NCBI RefSeq assembly: GCF_036321535.1
Contig: NC_087437.1
Span: 102,178,001 to 102,242,000, forward strand
Length of the DNA stretch: 64,000 nucleotides
Origin: Camelus dromedarius
Lineage: Eukaryota
Reading direction: 5' to 3'
The notes beneath the pieces were generated by a model, which made no database searches, had not been told where the DNA came from, and saw only the letters and a list, made by a program, of their open reading frames with translations. Both the position numbers and the translations under genes were made by a program. Below are positions 25,960 through 39,449 of this stretch, piece by piece. Position 1 is the stretch's first letter, and the number at the start of each line of letters is the position of its first letter.

Positions 25960-26012
25960 TAATTTGTAGGGCCCCGTGCAGAATGTAAACACTGGAACCC
26001 ATTATTCAAAGA
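25960..26012. mobile_element. hAT-Tip100 (MER45-like) terminal fragment
   Basis: 'taatttgtagggccccgtgcagaatgtaaacactggaacccattattcaaa' resembles the recalled MER45 end. Confidence 0.5.
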
Positions 26013-29000
26013 GCAGGAGGAAAAGTACTGTTAAAGAAACTAAAATGTGTCATTTTAAAAGCAATAAAATACATCATCTTTAATGACATTTTTGCTTTTC
26101 TCTGAATAGCACAGATCCCTTCTACTTGCTTATTCATGATTCTTCTGCCCTCATAAGTTTTGTTTACACACAGTTTCAAAGAACTTTGACCCTGAGTATA
26201 CCTCAAGGATAACTTTGAATACCCATACCCACTATGTATAGCTAGGTCTTTTCATCACAAGAAGGAATCTGATTTTTTTTTTCCATTCATTCCATCTTTT
26301 TAGAACAGATCAACAGTTGTTGTCCTCTACCCATTGACTTTGACTAAGCTACCACCAATGTTCCAGTTAGCTGTGTCTGTGGGATGGACAGAGATGAGAG
26401 TCACAGGGTATCAAAATACGGAGGCACATTAGTGCTATGCTGAGGCATTTTCCATCAAAACAAAGAGTGAACAGGTCAGCCTCGGTGATTAACACTTGCG
26501 AAATATGGAGGAAGCCCTTGTACTCAAATAATTTACCTTGCCAGAAAACCTTAAAATAATTAAAGATGGTATGCAATTTATACATTTTATTTTAACTTTG
26601 AAAGTATAAATGTGAATTTACTTTAAAATTTTATCGTTGGAGGCCAGGGCTTTGCTTGTAAGTCAACTAATGGATGCAGTCCTGTGCACTTTTCTTTTCC
26701 TTTTTCTTTTCTTCTTTTTTTTTTTTTAACATAAACTATACTCATAACTCATTCTCTGCAATTTTCTGTTTCCATCTCTTTAAAGTACATCAAGCAATTA
26801 CAAACACTTATAAGCAATTTGTGTGCAAAATCCTTTTAGACGTCTGTGATTTCTTCTCCAGATTTTATAGTTGTCCAGCCCACACTTACTTTGAAAGCAT
26901 ATTTCAAGCAACTCACCTTTATAAACTTGTTTTCAAGGCATACAACTTAGTTTTTATAGAAACAACTCTTTATTTTCATAGTCCTATTTTCATAAGTTTA
27001 AGTGATATTTAAATAAATTATGTAAGTGAAAAAAAACAAAAACAACTGGTACAAACAGATTTAGGGATAAACACATCTGATACTTGGTATGCATACTACC
27101 GAAACAAAGAGAACAGAAGTGTGGGAGACAATGTTATGTGAGCCAGAAGCATTCAGCAAGCCAGGGACTTCAGTAAATATGTTTAACAGAGGGACTGGAA
27201 AGTACTGTTTTATGTAGTAAAGTTGGTAAAATGGAGGTCTTTTAGAAGACCTTTTTTAGTATTTTTAAGTATTTTTATTCCTTACTCTTTTACATTTAGG
27301 TACCCCACCCCCTCAGTTTTATCAACTTTGCCTCCAAATAGGGAGAGAAAGTAGAAACAAAAGTGTTTTGGTTTTTTTTTTTCCCCACACCTACTCTGTA
27401 GGTATTCAAGCACTTTTCTTTTACTTAACATCTCACATAATGAGATGATGTGCTCATAGATGAGATGATGAGCTTGAAATCAATATTTTAAAATTGTGCT
27501 GCAGTGCAGATCTTTAAGATGGAGCCCAGAAAAAACCATGTAATGAATGCTGAGTATCTGCAGTTTGGGAAATATGACAGGAAAGATAAATTTGTTAAAA
27601 ATATTGTACATCTCTTCGGGAAACCTTTTAGAAAAGGACATGTTTAATGAATAGAGTTCACACATAGGGAAAGGATCTAAGGAAAATTGCAAAGATTGAA
27701 TTTTTTTTTCCCCCATGGCAAGAAATCCGCTTAGTGATTTTAAATTTGGATTATACATAGGGGATTAATTTAAGACAAAACACCTAAGAAATATTAAGAG
27801 TAACCAAAACCAGAATAGGCATAATTTTGACCAAGGATGCTTTCAGTCTATTTGGGTTAATATTTGTATTTTCAATATCTTAAAGACAAAAATTTCAAGA
27901 ATATTTCAAGCCCCTGTCTGTATTTGAAAAGAATTGAGAGTTCCCTCCTCGCTTATCTGTAGTCAACAGTTCCTTCCTCCCCAGCCATTTCCCTGGAATG
28001 ACTGCTAATTCAAGGTTCAAAATCCTTAGCCTCAGGAAGCAATTCCATTTTTATATCACCTAAAGCAAAATAATAAGGATTGTATAATATTCTATCCTTG
28101 TAGTAAGAACATGGAACATATTATTTCTTGTTCCCACAGTGATTTTTATTTCCTTAACAATAAATAAATCACTAAAATGTATACTCTAAAAGAGCTAGAC
28201 TTTTTACATGTTTGAATTTTTACCTCTATATCTCTAACAGCTAGAAAAGTATCTGGCACAAGAATGATGCTAAATTGGGATTCATTGATGCATGAATCCT
28301 GTCATTAACTGGTAGTAAAATTAGCAATGTCTGTGGAGCATTCCGTAATGTGGACTTGCCTGTCCCATTGGTGAATGTATACAGAAAGCATTGGCAAATG
28401 CACATCTGTGTCAATCTCTGGTCTTGAATGAATTCCTAGAACTGGAGATCCAGCTCAAACAATGTGAATAAAATCAAGGATTTTACTACAATGTCTAATT
28501 GTCTTGTGGAAAGAATATTACTGCCAACATTATCAGAGTGCTTTAATTATAATAGTATCATTTAAAAAATATTAATTTTGAAATACATCAAGTTTAGTTA
28601 TAACAGATTTTGCTTTTTTCATATTTAACTACATTACCCATCTGCATTTAATTTTGCTGTATTATGAATTGTGCAATATATTTTATAAAATATTTAATAA
28701 TTTTTATAAAGAAAAATATTCAATAATCCGTTTTTATCTGGTGATTACAAGTGTTATATATCAATTTGTTATATACCAATTTTTTACATATAGTTGATCA
28801 CTTCTGGAGATGTATATAGTAGTTCAATAAACTTTAATTCTATTATTTTATATCATATGGTTTTAATATTTTATTATTGTGACTTATTAATATATCTGAA
28901 TATCAGATGGAGAAGGGGTAATTGGGTTGGCAACCCTTAATTGACATTATTCCTCCTCAAAATTTATGGTAAACTACAGTCAGGCATTTTTCTAAATGAA

Positions 29001-29571
29001 ATCTAAAATAATGGTATATTCATATTCCATTGTAGAATTTTATGTAATAATGTTTTTTACATGACATTGGTCATCAAAAAATTTAATCTCTCTGATTTGG
29101 TCTGTTGTTTATTTTTATATCTTCAACTTCATTTAACTATTCTTTCTTTCTCTCTCCCTGTGTAGTTTTTTTCTGCTTATTAGAGTAGCTTAACTGTTAT
29201 CCTTTTGTTTATATTTAAAAAAATTAATAAGTTTAATCATCAATGCTACATTTCTTTTCATTATCACTTCCCCCTTTATCTCTAGTATTTCCTATTATTC
29301 TTGGGGCTTTTTTGATAATCATCTACTAATTGATTAATTTGATTTAATTTAATTCAGTATTGTTTCATTTGAGTCTCAGTTTTTTTTGGCCAAATTCACT
29401 TTAATTTCTAAAACAATTGCAAACCTATGATTTGACTTCATATGATCTTGAAGTAACTGAGTAGAGTGAAGACTTTGTAAGGAGTTTTCTTTTTGATTTC
29501 AAAATTTTGAAACATCATTAGAAAATAGTGCCTAAAAAATTTCTCTTTTGATGACTATTTACAAAGTTGTC

Positions 29572-29631
29572 TGTGTGTCTGTGTTTGTGTGTGTGTGTGG
29601 TGTGTGTGTGGTGTGTGTGTGGTGTGTGTGT
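29572..29631. repeat. (TG)n / (TGTGTGTGGTG)n repeat
   Basis: Seen directly. Confidence 0.9.
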
Positions 29632-31233
29632 TTTAATTCCTACCCAGTGTTTGCATATTGGACCTATCTTATACACACTTAAAAGTGACCTCTGTTTTCT
29701 GTATGGTTTACAGTCCTAGTTATTTAATAATTCTATAGCATTAATAATACTGCATTTTTTTCATGTTCACTTTTGCCCACTTGACTGCTGAGGGATTAAG
29801 GGATTTTTGAACAGCTGCTCCAGTGCATTTTTGTTGTATTTGTAAGATATTTAAATTTTTATATTCATTCTGTTTTTCCCTTTTTGTTAAAGTCCATGAC
29901 TGTTAGCTAGTCTTTTTGAGTAATTTTGTTTATTTAATAATATTTTCCTTGATTTTTACATTTTGATGTAAATACATTGATCCCTGGTTATTTGGTGTTG
30001 TAGTTAATTAGTCTGAGAATCATTTTGCTGTCAAGATATTTGTTTCACTTTGTTTTATAGTTCACAGTCTTTAGAAAATACTCCATTGAGGGAATATTAT
30101 TTTTTCTATTTTTTTCTTTGTTTTGGTTTGCTTTGTTGTTTCTTTGTGTGTAACCCTACATGAAAAATTCTATTTTTAGTAGCAGAGGTTTTAAACTCTT
30201 TTATGTTTACTTTCAGATTGACACATCTTGTCCTTTGTTAACTTTGGTGCATTTTTTTCCTTTATTTTGTTGTCTACACATGGTATATAAACTGTTTTTC
30301 CTCTGAATTTTTCTCTCATATTGGGTTTAGGGAAACATATATTACATTAGCTACCAGCTTTCTTCACTTGAGATAGGTAATATTATCTATATTTTTTAAC
30401 ATATATGGTAACTAAGAAACAAAAAGTTTAAAAGCCTAGCTTGTCACTAGGTAGTTAATAAGTGGTGAAACCAGTATTTTAATATGGTTCTGATGTTAAT
30501 GCCCATATTATATCCAAAAAAATCCACTTGTATATTGCACTGAGTCTAATAGTTCACACATTGAGCCATAAAGTGATATTTGGGACTGCAGTAGAACGTA
30601 GATGAAATGGAATGATCTCATCCCAGTAAAGTATATCTGAGTATTGCAGGGTCTCTGTGTGTTAATTGGTGTAATATTTTAAAAGACATGGTCAGTAATT
30701 TTCATTTGATGTAAGTGGCCATTTGGCAACATGATCCTGCTATAAGCAGCTGAGTAATGGGATCAAAAGGACACTTGCCTTAGCTGACTATTACTTCTTA
30801 TTTAATATACATTAAATAGACTATTAGTCAGGAAACCTTGTAAAGAGGCTATGGCACCATTAATAGCTATTGAAAATAATTTAACTAAATTGTGGTGGGA
30901 TGATTAAAAGAAAATGTTACACGTAAGAAAATATATGAACAAAGAGTTAGAAGGATTTGGTGATGTCCTAAAAGAGGAGATTAAAAGTCACCTGGAAATG
31001 ATGAAGCACCTAGTCTTTATGATTGCCAAGGTCAACTTAATACATGGCCAGAGTTTGGTAAGAGCATAATGGTCTTGGTTTTACATATATTTAGTTTAGG
31101 TGACTGTGTGCATACAAATGAAAATTATTGTGTTGAAAATATAAGAATTATGGCTATAAATATGTCCAGGTCTAAAAGTCACATACGAATAAATATCCTG
31201 TTGCAGGTTATAGGAAATACTCACCCTAAACTA

Positions 31234-31726
31234 TGTAGGGGAGGCAACACTTTACCTCTACCTGTCTAAGTGTTGAACTGAAACTCTTTAACAAAAAGGC
31301 AGTTTAACAAGAGAAAAACAGTTTATTAACATGTGCAGCACACACTGCGTGGGAGAACCTAAACACAAAGTAACTTAAAGCAGCAGCTTAGAACTAAGGC
31401 TTATATTGAATTTTCAACAAAGAACAGTAAATTTGTAGAGAAACAATAGGAAAGAGGAAAGCAGTGTTAGGCTTCCAAGGGCAGCAAACTGTGGGAAGGT
31501 AAATATATGGGGGGAAACTAGTGGAGTAAGGTTTGTGGATTCCTCTGATGCCCTCTCTGGGCATGGTAAGAATTTGTCTCCAGTAAAAGGAGGTATTATA
31601 TCCTGCCTTTAGGCAGAAAAGGGGGAGCTTTTTTCTGGGTTTGCTGCTTCTTAATGGCCTTCAGCTCAACATAATTTTCATGCCAGAGAGGCATATTTTG
31701 GGGTGACATATTCTGGTTGTTTTTCA
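31234..31726 (-). mobile_element. Solo ERV1 LTR (MER34/MER39-like)
   Basis: TG...CA ends. The reverse complement starts tgaaaaacaaccagaatatgtcaccccaaaatatgcctctctggcatgaaaattatgttgagctgaaggc. A minus-strand AATAAA lies near 31322-31327. Confidence 0.8.
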
Positions 31727-32734
31727 CTTCCTTGTTCACCTTAACCTCCTCAGGGAAAAGTGCTAGTAATTGAAAGCAACATATAATGAAGGTGGGACTC
31801 ACATCACAGGAATCTTTTTTAGAGTTAGAAATTGTTGGAAGTATTTATAAATAATTTCCATTACTATGAAGGCATTAGTAAATCTAGTACTTGAGTGTGG
31901 GAATATATTGGACATTGGACCTCCTTTGAATTTCTGAGAATGTCAATGATTACTGGCCCATCCATTTTTTTTTACTATGATACAGTATCATATGAAAGCA
32001 GCATAGTTTCTGAAGAGACAAACAGATCAATTTGTAACCAGGAATAAATCAATCTAGAAGTTGACTTGTGTAGAAAACATATTTGTGGTAAATAACCTGT
32101 GAGCAAAAATGTTTGTACTGTTTATGTTTCATACATATGGACAGATTTCAGACTATGAGGAAAGAGTTCTTACTGTTATGCCTACTTTATGTCTAGAATT
32201 TATATCTAAATGCTAATCAAAAAGACCATTAACATATGGACAAATAAGTGAATAAAAAAATTTCAGAAAGAAATAATTGTTCTGAAAAATAAAATGCAAT
32301 AATGTGATAAAAGATGATCAGGATATCAGGGCCATTATATTGAGTGATTAGTGTGAGGGGGCATTTAATTAGCATAAGTACAAAAAGAGAAATATTAGAT
32401 CCAAAATTAAGTGGAGACAGGAACTTGTAGTGAATATTATTGCATCCATCTTATTCCAACTCTATCATTGTGGAAAAAGTTGAAAGAATAATGCCAACAA
32501 TTAGAGTGAAGCAAAGAGAAATGATGGATTCATGGATTAAGTTCACCAAGGCTATCAAATGCCCAATTCCAGTCCTAAAAATCCTGGGAACTTTTTGGAT
32601 TCTCTCCTTAGACTCTGTGAGAATGTATCCAGACTGTGTACCGTACATCAATAATTAATTGCAATATTAGGGATTACAAATAATAAATCCTGTAAGAAGA
32701 GTAAGGATTCCTCTGTTTTGTGCTTACATACTAA

Positions 32735-32890
32735 GTATTGCAGACAACTGCCAGTTAAATTTAAATTTCTTATATACAATAATTTTGGTATATGTCCAGA
32801 TACTTCATGGGACACATGTACACTAAAAATTATTTTTTGTTTATCTGAAATCCAAATTTAACTGGGTGTTCTGTATTTGTCTAGTAACCT
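32735..32890. mobile_element. MER53 palindromic MITE
   Basis: Arms 'ccagttaaatttaaatttc' and 'gaaatccaaatttaactgg', centre 'tatgtccagatacttcatgggacac'. Confidence 0.8.
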
Positions 32891-33996
32891 TAAGCTTTTG
32901 AGAAATAACCTTATTACATTGTAGCTAACCAGTTGGCTAAAATATTGACTTTTGTTGCTTAGAATTCACAATCAAGGCTCTGGAAGAATATGGGACATTT
33001 TAGAAAAAAATAGGACTCTCAAAAAAAAAAATCAAACTATTGGTGTGTGTCATTGACTTACGTTCACTCCTCAACCAGGTGCTAAAAGAGATAAATGTTG
33101 ATGCTGCTAAGAGAGAATCTTCGATTTAAGCTGACCTGTCTGAAGGAAGAACAGATACACACATACTGTTGTGAGAAAAGAGATATGTACTGTTGTGTTC
33201 TGCCTTTTGCCAGAGATCCAGCATTACTAAGTGTTTAGATCTAGAAAGTGCCAAAAGTGACTTCGCTGCCTCATGCTGCAGTTGTGGTGAGCCTGAAAAT
33301 GAAGGTCAGAAATATCAGGATTTAGCTTGGCATCCAATGGGAAATTAAAACAAAAACAACAACAACAAACATAAAATAGCAGGGAGCCTCATTATTTAGC
33401 CCCTTCCCTCAAATTCCAGGAGCTACTATGTTCTGCAAAGATGATAGTGTCCTCACTTGTTGGCACACTTTATAAGACGGCAGGCAGGGAATAGAGGTGA
33501 CTAGTTTTACCTACTGTTTCTCATTGGTCAGAGTCAAATCCTAAGACTGATGCCGCAGACTGAGGCCTGTACATCCGTGGCCAAAAGAGAGTTCAAGAGT
33601 AGACTTTACACTAAAATTTAATGATCTAAAAGATTCCTGTTGCTAGACGTGATTAAGATGGGTCCCTGCTCCCAATTAAATCTTTGGGTAGCAGTCTAAA
33701 ATCTTAAGGAAATTAGAGCCAGAGCTGTGGCATCAAGCTGGATGGAGATGGATGGTTATTCCTTCCACAGGCCTTGATAGTCACATCAACAATGAATGGG
33801 TAGCCTGCAGACTGTCAGCATTGGAAGTATGTCAGTAATGAATTCATTTTAGTATTCTTGTCCAGTGGCGTGTCATATAGGACCTGTACCAGTGATCACT
33901 GTGTGTTCCTTCAACTTGTAGCCTCTACTGAATTAGAATGATTATTGTAGTAGCCTTGTTTTTCTATCCACAGTTATATTTTGTATTTGGAGTCAT

Positions 33997-34316
33997 GCTT
34001 ATTTTTTAAATTTTTATTTATTTTTATTAAAGTATAATTGATCTACAGTATTCTGTTAGTTTCACGAGTGCAACATAGTGATTCAATATTTTTATAAATT
34101 ATACTCCATTTACAGTTGTTATAAAGCAATATCTGTATTTCCCTGTGCTGTACAATATATCCTTGCAGCTTATTTATTTAATGCATAGTAGTTTGTACCA
34201 TTTATCCCTTATCCCCGCCTTGATCCTTCCCATTTCCCTCCCACCACTGGCAACTGCTATTTGTTCTCCATATCTTTGAGTCTTTTTCTGTTTTGTTATA
34301 ATAATTTATTTGTTTG
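33997..34316 (-). mobile_element. Short 5'-truncated L1 3'UTR with TSD
   Basis: T-rich tail, then 'aaagtataattgatctacagtattctgttagtttc..ccctgtgctgtacaatatatccttg'. TSD tggagtcat at 33988-33996 and 34317-34325. Confidence 0.85.
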
Positions 34317-34694
34317 TGGAGTCATTTTAAATGACCAGATAGTTCCGAGGTTACAGGTTTTAAAGAAAAAACATCTGAACATCTTAATGTTATATATTCT
34401 TCATTTTTATATTCTGTAAGTGAGATATGATAGAACTTAAAGTCATAATAGCTACATCTTCATTTACATAATTGGTATATGGGACAGTTGCATTATATTG
34501 TATGTAATGAGTGCTTATATATAAGTGAAGATAGCTGTCTATATACAGCAAGCATGTGTGTGAGGTCTGAGCTTTCAAGGGATAAAATTGTTGCATCCAT
34601 TTTTTATGTATGTTCTATATCTAATTTCCATATGTGATTCTAGTAACCAGAGAGGGGCACTTTTTTCATCAGGGATTGGGTGAGAAATAGCCAA

Positions 34695-36120
34695 TCTTGT
34701 TTATCTATTCTACATTTTGAAATCCCAGTCTGTCCCTTCCCACCTCCTGCCCCCTTGGCAACCACAAGTTTGTATTCTATGTCTATGAATCTATTTCTGG
34801 TTTGTATTTATGTTTTTGTTTTTTTTTTAGATTCCACATATGAGTGATCTCATATGGTATTTTTCTTTCTCTTTCTGGCTTACTTCACTTAGAATGACAT
34901 TCTCCAGGAACATCTGTGTTGCTGCAAATGACATTATGTTGTCGGTTTTTATGGCTGAATAGTATTCCATTGTATAAATATACCACTTCTTATTTATGCA
35001 GTCATCTGTTGATGGACATTTAGGTTGTTTCCATGTCTTGGCTATTGTAAATAGTGCTGCTATGAACATTGGGATGCAGGTGTCTTTTTGAATTAGGGTT
35101 CCTTCTGGATGCCCAGGATGACTGGATCATATGGTAAGTCTATTCCTAGTCTTTTGAGGAATTTCCATACTGTTTTCCACAGTGGCTGCACCAAACTGCA
35201 TTCCCACCAGCAGTGTAGGAGGGTTCCCTTTTCTCCACAGCCTCTCCAGCATTTGTCATTTGTAGACTTTTGAATGATGGCCATTCTGACTGGTGCCAGT
35301 TCATACCTCATTGTAGTTTTGATTTGCCTTTCTCTGATAATTAGTGATATTGAGCATTTTCTCATGTGCCTATGATCATTTGTATTTTTTCCTTGGAGAA
35401 TTGCTTGTTTAGGTCTTCTGCCCATTTTTGGATTGGGTTGTTTGTTTTTTTCTTATTAAGTCGTATGAGCTGCTTATATATACTGGAGATCAAGCCTTTG
35501 TCAGTTTCACTTGCAAAAATTTTTTCCCATTCTGTAGGTTATCGATTTGTTTTACTTATGGTTTCCTTTGCTGTGCAAAAGCTTGTAAATTTAATTAGGT
35601 CCCATTTGTTTATTCTTGCTTTTATTTCTATTGCTTGGGTAGACTGTCCTAGGAGAATAGTTTTGAGATGTATGTCAGATAATGTTTTGCCTATATTTTC
35701 TTCTAGGAGGTTTTTTGTATCTTGTCTTATGTTTAAGTCTTTGATCCATTTTGAGTTTATTTTTGTGTATGGTGTAAGGGAGTGTTCTAGCTTCATTGCT
35801 TTACATGCTGTTGTCCAGTTTTCCCAACACCATTTGCTGAAGAGACTGTCTTTATTCCATTGTATATTCTTGCCTCCTTTGCTGAAGATTAGTTGACCAA
35901 AAGTTTGTGGCTTCATTTCTGAGCTCTTTATTCTGTTCCATTGGTCTATATGTCAGTTTTTGTACCAATACCATGCTGTCTTGATTACTATAGCTCTATA
36001 GTATTGTCTGAAGTCTGGGAGAGTTATTCCTCTAGCCTCTTTCTTTTTCTTCAGTAATGCTTTGGCAATTCTAGGTCTTTTGTAGTTCCATATAAATTTT
36101 ATTACGATTTGTTCTAGTTC
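34695..36120 (-). mobile_element. Relatively young camelid L1 fragment (ORF2 C-terminus plus part of the 3'UTR)
   Basis: ORFs 35539-35916, 35093-35425 and 34827-35069(-) give L1 ORF2 peptides ([67 protein letters not shown]) with stops and frameshifts. Confidence 0.95.
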
Positions 36121-36329
36121 TCAGATTCTGTTTTGAAGCTGGTTAGAGAAGTGTCACTGCTATGTGACCCCTAAAGCTGAAAGTGCAAGCATACCAATTT
36201 CTCAGCCAGCATATAGCCTACCATATGGAGAGTAGAGAGAGAGAAAGAGGGAGTTCAGGGAAAGGGGTTAAAGTTCAAAAGAGAAGGTGCCCTGGAAGTA
36301 GTTAGTGTATCTAAGGACTGATAGACTAT

Positions 36330-36575
36330 TGTTTTTAATCTAGTTGTTGTAACACATTTGTGGGTTATAAAATTAATCTAATGGAGGAAGCCAGGATTTG
36401 TTTTTCAACAAAACAGACTAGAATAGAATAATTAAAAACATCAGTGGACATCATGTAGAATTTAAAATATTATTTATGACACTTTTATTTGTGTGTATAC
36501 GTATACACATATGGTTTTCTAGGACTGTGATATAAAATATATTTCTTACTTTGAGTAGTTGTCAAAGAAGTCCAG
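36330..36575. mobile_element. hAT-Charlie MITE (MER112-like)
   Basis: 'tagaatagaataattaaaaacatcagtg' and 'tgatataaaatatatttcttactttgagt' resemble the recalled MER112. Confidence 0.55.
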
Positions 36576-39449
36576 TGATGAAGACATTCTAGCTCTTAAA
36601 GACTAATCCTTTTAATAATGTAAGCTACCCCCAAGTCTCTCTCCTATCCACCTTCCAGTTTTATTTTACTTAATTTAATGTTATAAACACTTAATATACA
36701 ATAACTTGTTTAATCTTCCCAACATCTCCTTGTGGGAGGTACTATTATTATCCCTAAAGTGAATAAATTGAAGCACACAGAGCTTAAGTTAATTTTGCCT
36801 AAGCTCACTCAGTTGTAAGTGGAAAAGTCAGGACTACACTGATACCCTGGAAAACTGTATAGTACTAGAAGCAATGGAATACAAAATAAAAATCAGTGTT
36901 TTGTAGAAATATGTAATGTTTTTTGAAAGAAGAGAGTACTGCTGAAACTGGAAAATTTCATATTAATTGTGATGTATAGAGTGGAGGTCATGACTTCTTG
37001 GGGCTGAGATCCCCAGGGCCATCTTGAGACAGTTTCAGTTCTTATGGGAAATCTTATGCTGTGCTTATTGCTGCTTATAAATTAGTGAGAAATCCTTGAA
37101 TCCCTAAAAAACCTCACATAGGTCTTTGGACTGAAGCGTTCATTATTTACAGTGAAATTAGTAACTTTTTGAAACAAAACAGGTGTAATTAATGTTTTTA
37201 GTTTCAAAATTGCGTTTATGGTGTCTATTCAGAGACCTAAATAATGTTTTTGTAGTTAAGAAAAATGCTATTTATATTTTAAATGAAATATTGAACTTAA
37301 GGTGGTGTTATCTTTATGTGATAATATCTAATTCGTTTGTAAATATTTACGGTTATTTGTAATAGGGTCTGTGGATGAATCAGGCTTCCAACTGAAGATG
37401 AAGGGAGCATATATAATTATTATTTGGTTCCTTTGATCCGTACATATAATATAAGGATTTCAGGGGTAGTTTAGCTACTATGGATAGCTTTAGAAGAAAT
37501 GAAGATTAAAAATGTTTATACTAATCCTTGTACCTGTATATGACACCTTCTCTATGCTAGGTATCTTATATACTTCATTTCAGAACAATACTGAAACATA
37601 ATAAACAGATTTAGTATGATTAACAGAACTGCCCAAGAACATGCAGTATATTAGCTGAAGAATTAACATGTAACTCTAGATATGCCCGAGTCCAAAATAC
37701 ATAGTTTTTCAACTACAGTCTGCTATTTTTTGGATACAAGTTGGAGACCTGAACAAAAAGAGTACAATGAAAAGTGTAGGAAGCATTATTTTTATTCATA
37801 AAAAGTAAAAACAGACCCACTCACAAATAAAGAATTAACTATCTAAGAAGAAGACAGGCCCACCAAGATGTCTTCATCCTTTCTTTGCAACATTTTTCTC
37901 TCTTTTACTATGATCTTATTTTTTATTCATATTAGGTATACTATACTACCCTTAATTCTCCTCTTTAAATGTCCTGGTAGCTCTTAGCAACATCAAATTA
38001 TGATGACTCCCTTAGTGCCTTCACAGCTTTAAGTGTATTTTACTGCTCTGTGACTTGCAGGGCATAATTTAGAGCTAAAATTTAACTTTTTAATCTCTTT
38101 TTGGTTCAGTAAATTTATAGCCTATGAGAAGTAAAAGAATAATAGGAGAAGTAATTCTCCCATGAATTAATATTACAGCCCCACCTTACCAGGTTTTCTA
38201 ATCTGTAGGGCTCAGCTAAGCAGGAAGGGCCAAGGGAAAAGTGAGGGGTGCATGGTTTCTCCAGTGACAGTGAAAAAACGTGGCGTAACAGCTTGTGACA
38301 ATGCTCATTGCCATTATAATGGAATTGCGAGATCAACTGGAAAATACTGAAACATGGTCATGCAGATAAGCTTCTAAAGTAAAGGTTTGGAGTTAAAATA
38401 CTATATCCTAATAACTGTAGTAAAAATCTGCCTCCCTGTACAAAAACTCAGACTTAGTTCAAGGACAAAGGTTATGTGCCAATCAAAAATCATTTGCTCT
38501 CCTCACACTGGAATAAAAGTCATTTTAAAATCAATTTCAAGACAGCAATCCCCTGCAAGAAATTAAGGTGAGGTAGTCAAGGCATGTGTCAATACTAAAT
38601 GTAAAGGCTTGACATAAGGATATTCTGGAGATATTTGTATTTATGGTTCAAACTTATATGGGTATTTGCATATCTCTTCACACACTAGATGAATTTCAAC
38701 CATGTGAATTTGAACTGACTATCGTAAGATTCTGTCTTCTAGCATTAAATTTGAGAGAGAGAAACTAGCAGTAAACAGGGGGCTAATGGCAAAATAATTG
38801 ACTTTGTGTGACTATACACTCACCGTTTCAAAAAATAGATAATAAACTGAACGACAGCTATTGTAGCATAACGACAAGGAGGAATTGCCCTAAAGATTTA
38901 ATGATTAAGAAATATACATTAAAAATTTAGTACAGGAATGAGAATACTTAGAAAATATATGCTTTGTGGTCAGATATGAAGAAATAACAGTATGTATATG
39001 AATGTATATAAACACAAATATCTGAGGTGGCAAGAAATTGAGAAAAATACTCAAAAGATAAAAAGTTACAGACAGCATGGATTTAAGGAGGTAATTTAAC
39101 AATACCAAAGCCCAGCTCCTAGGGCATATACATTCCTTTATGATTTAGAACTTGGACACAGGAGACAACCCTGAGGTCCTGTTTGTTAGAAATAAAATAT
39201 CTATCTCACAGGGGTAAAGACTGAGCAAATTGTCTATCTCAGCCTTGGTTCTAAATAAAAAAATGTAAAAAGAACTAACATTTCCTAAATGCATGACTAT
39301 TCTCAAATAGTTCTGGGACTAGAATTTATACCACACCTGCTTGCAGAAAAACCTAAGTGGATAATTTGATTTAAATAGACCTCAATTAAATAGTGCCTCC
39401 ATTTCCTTGGGAGAAACAAAAGCAAAATTTACCTTAAACAAATCTCAAA

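Noticed and set aside
35366..35896. Longest ORF (176 aa, plus strand)
   Set aside because: Antisense frame of L1 ORF2, a common artefact.
34827..35916. L1 ORF2 peptides as an active retrotransposon
   Set aside because: Broken by stops and frameshifts, and lacks the endonuclease and RT domains.
38270..38345. Possible conserved non-coding element (also about 26380-26540)
   Set aside because: Looks unique and motif-rich, but conservation cannot be judged without alignments.
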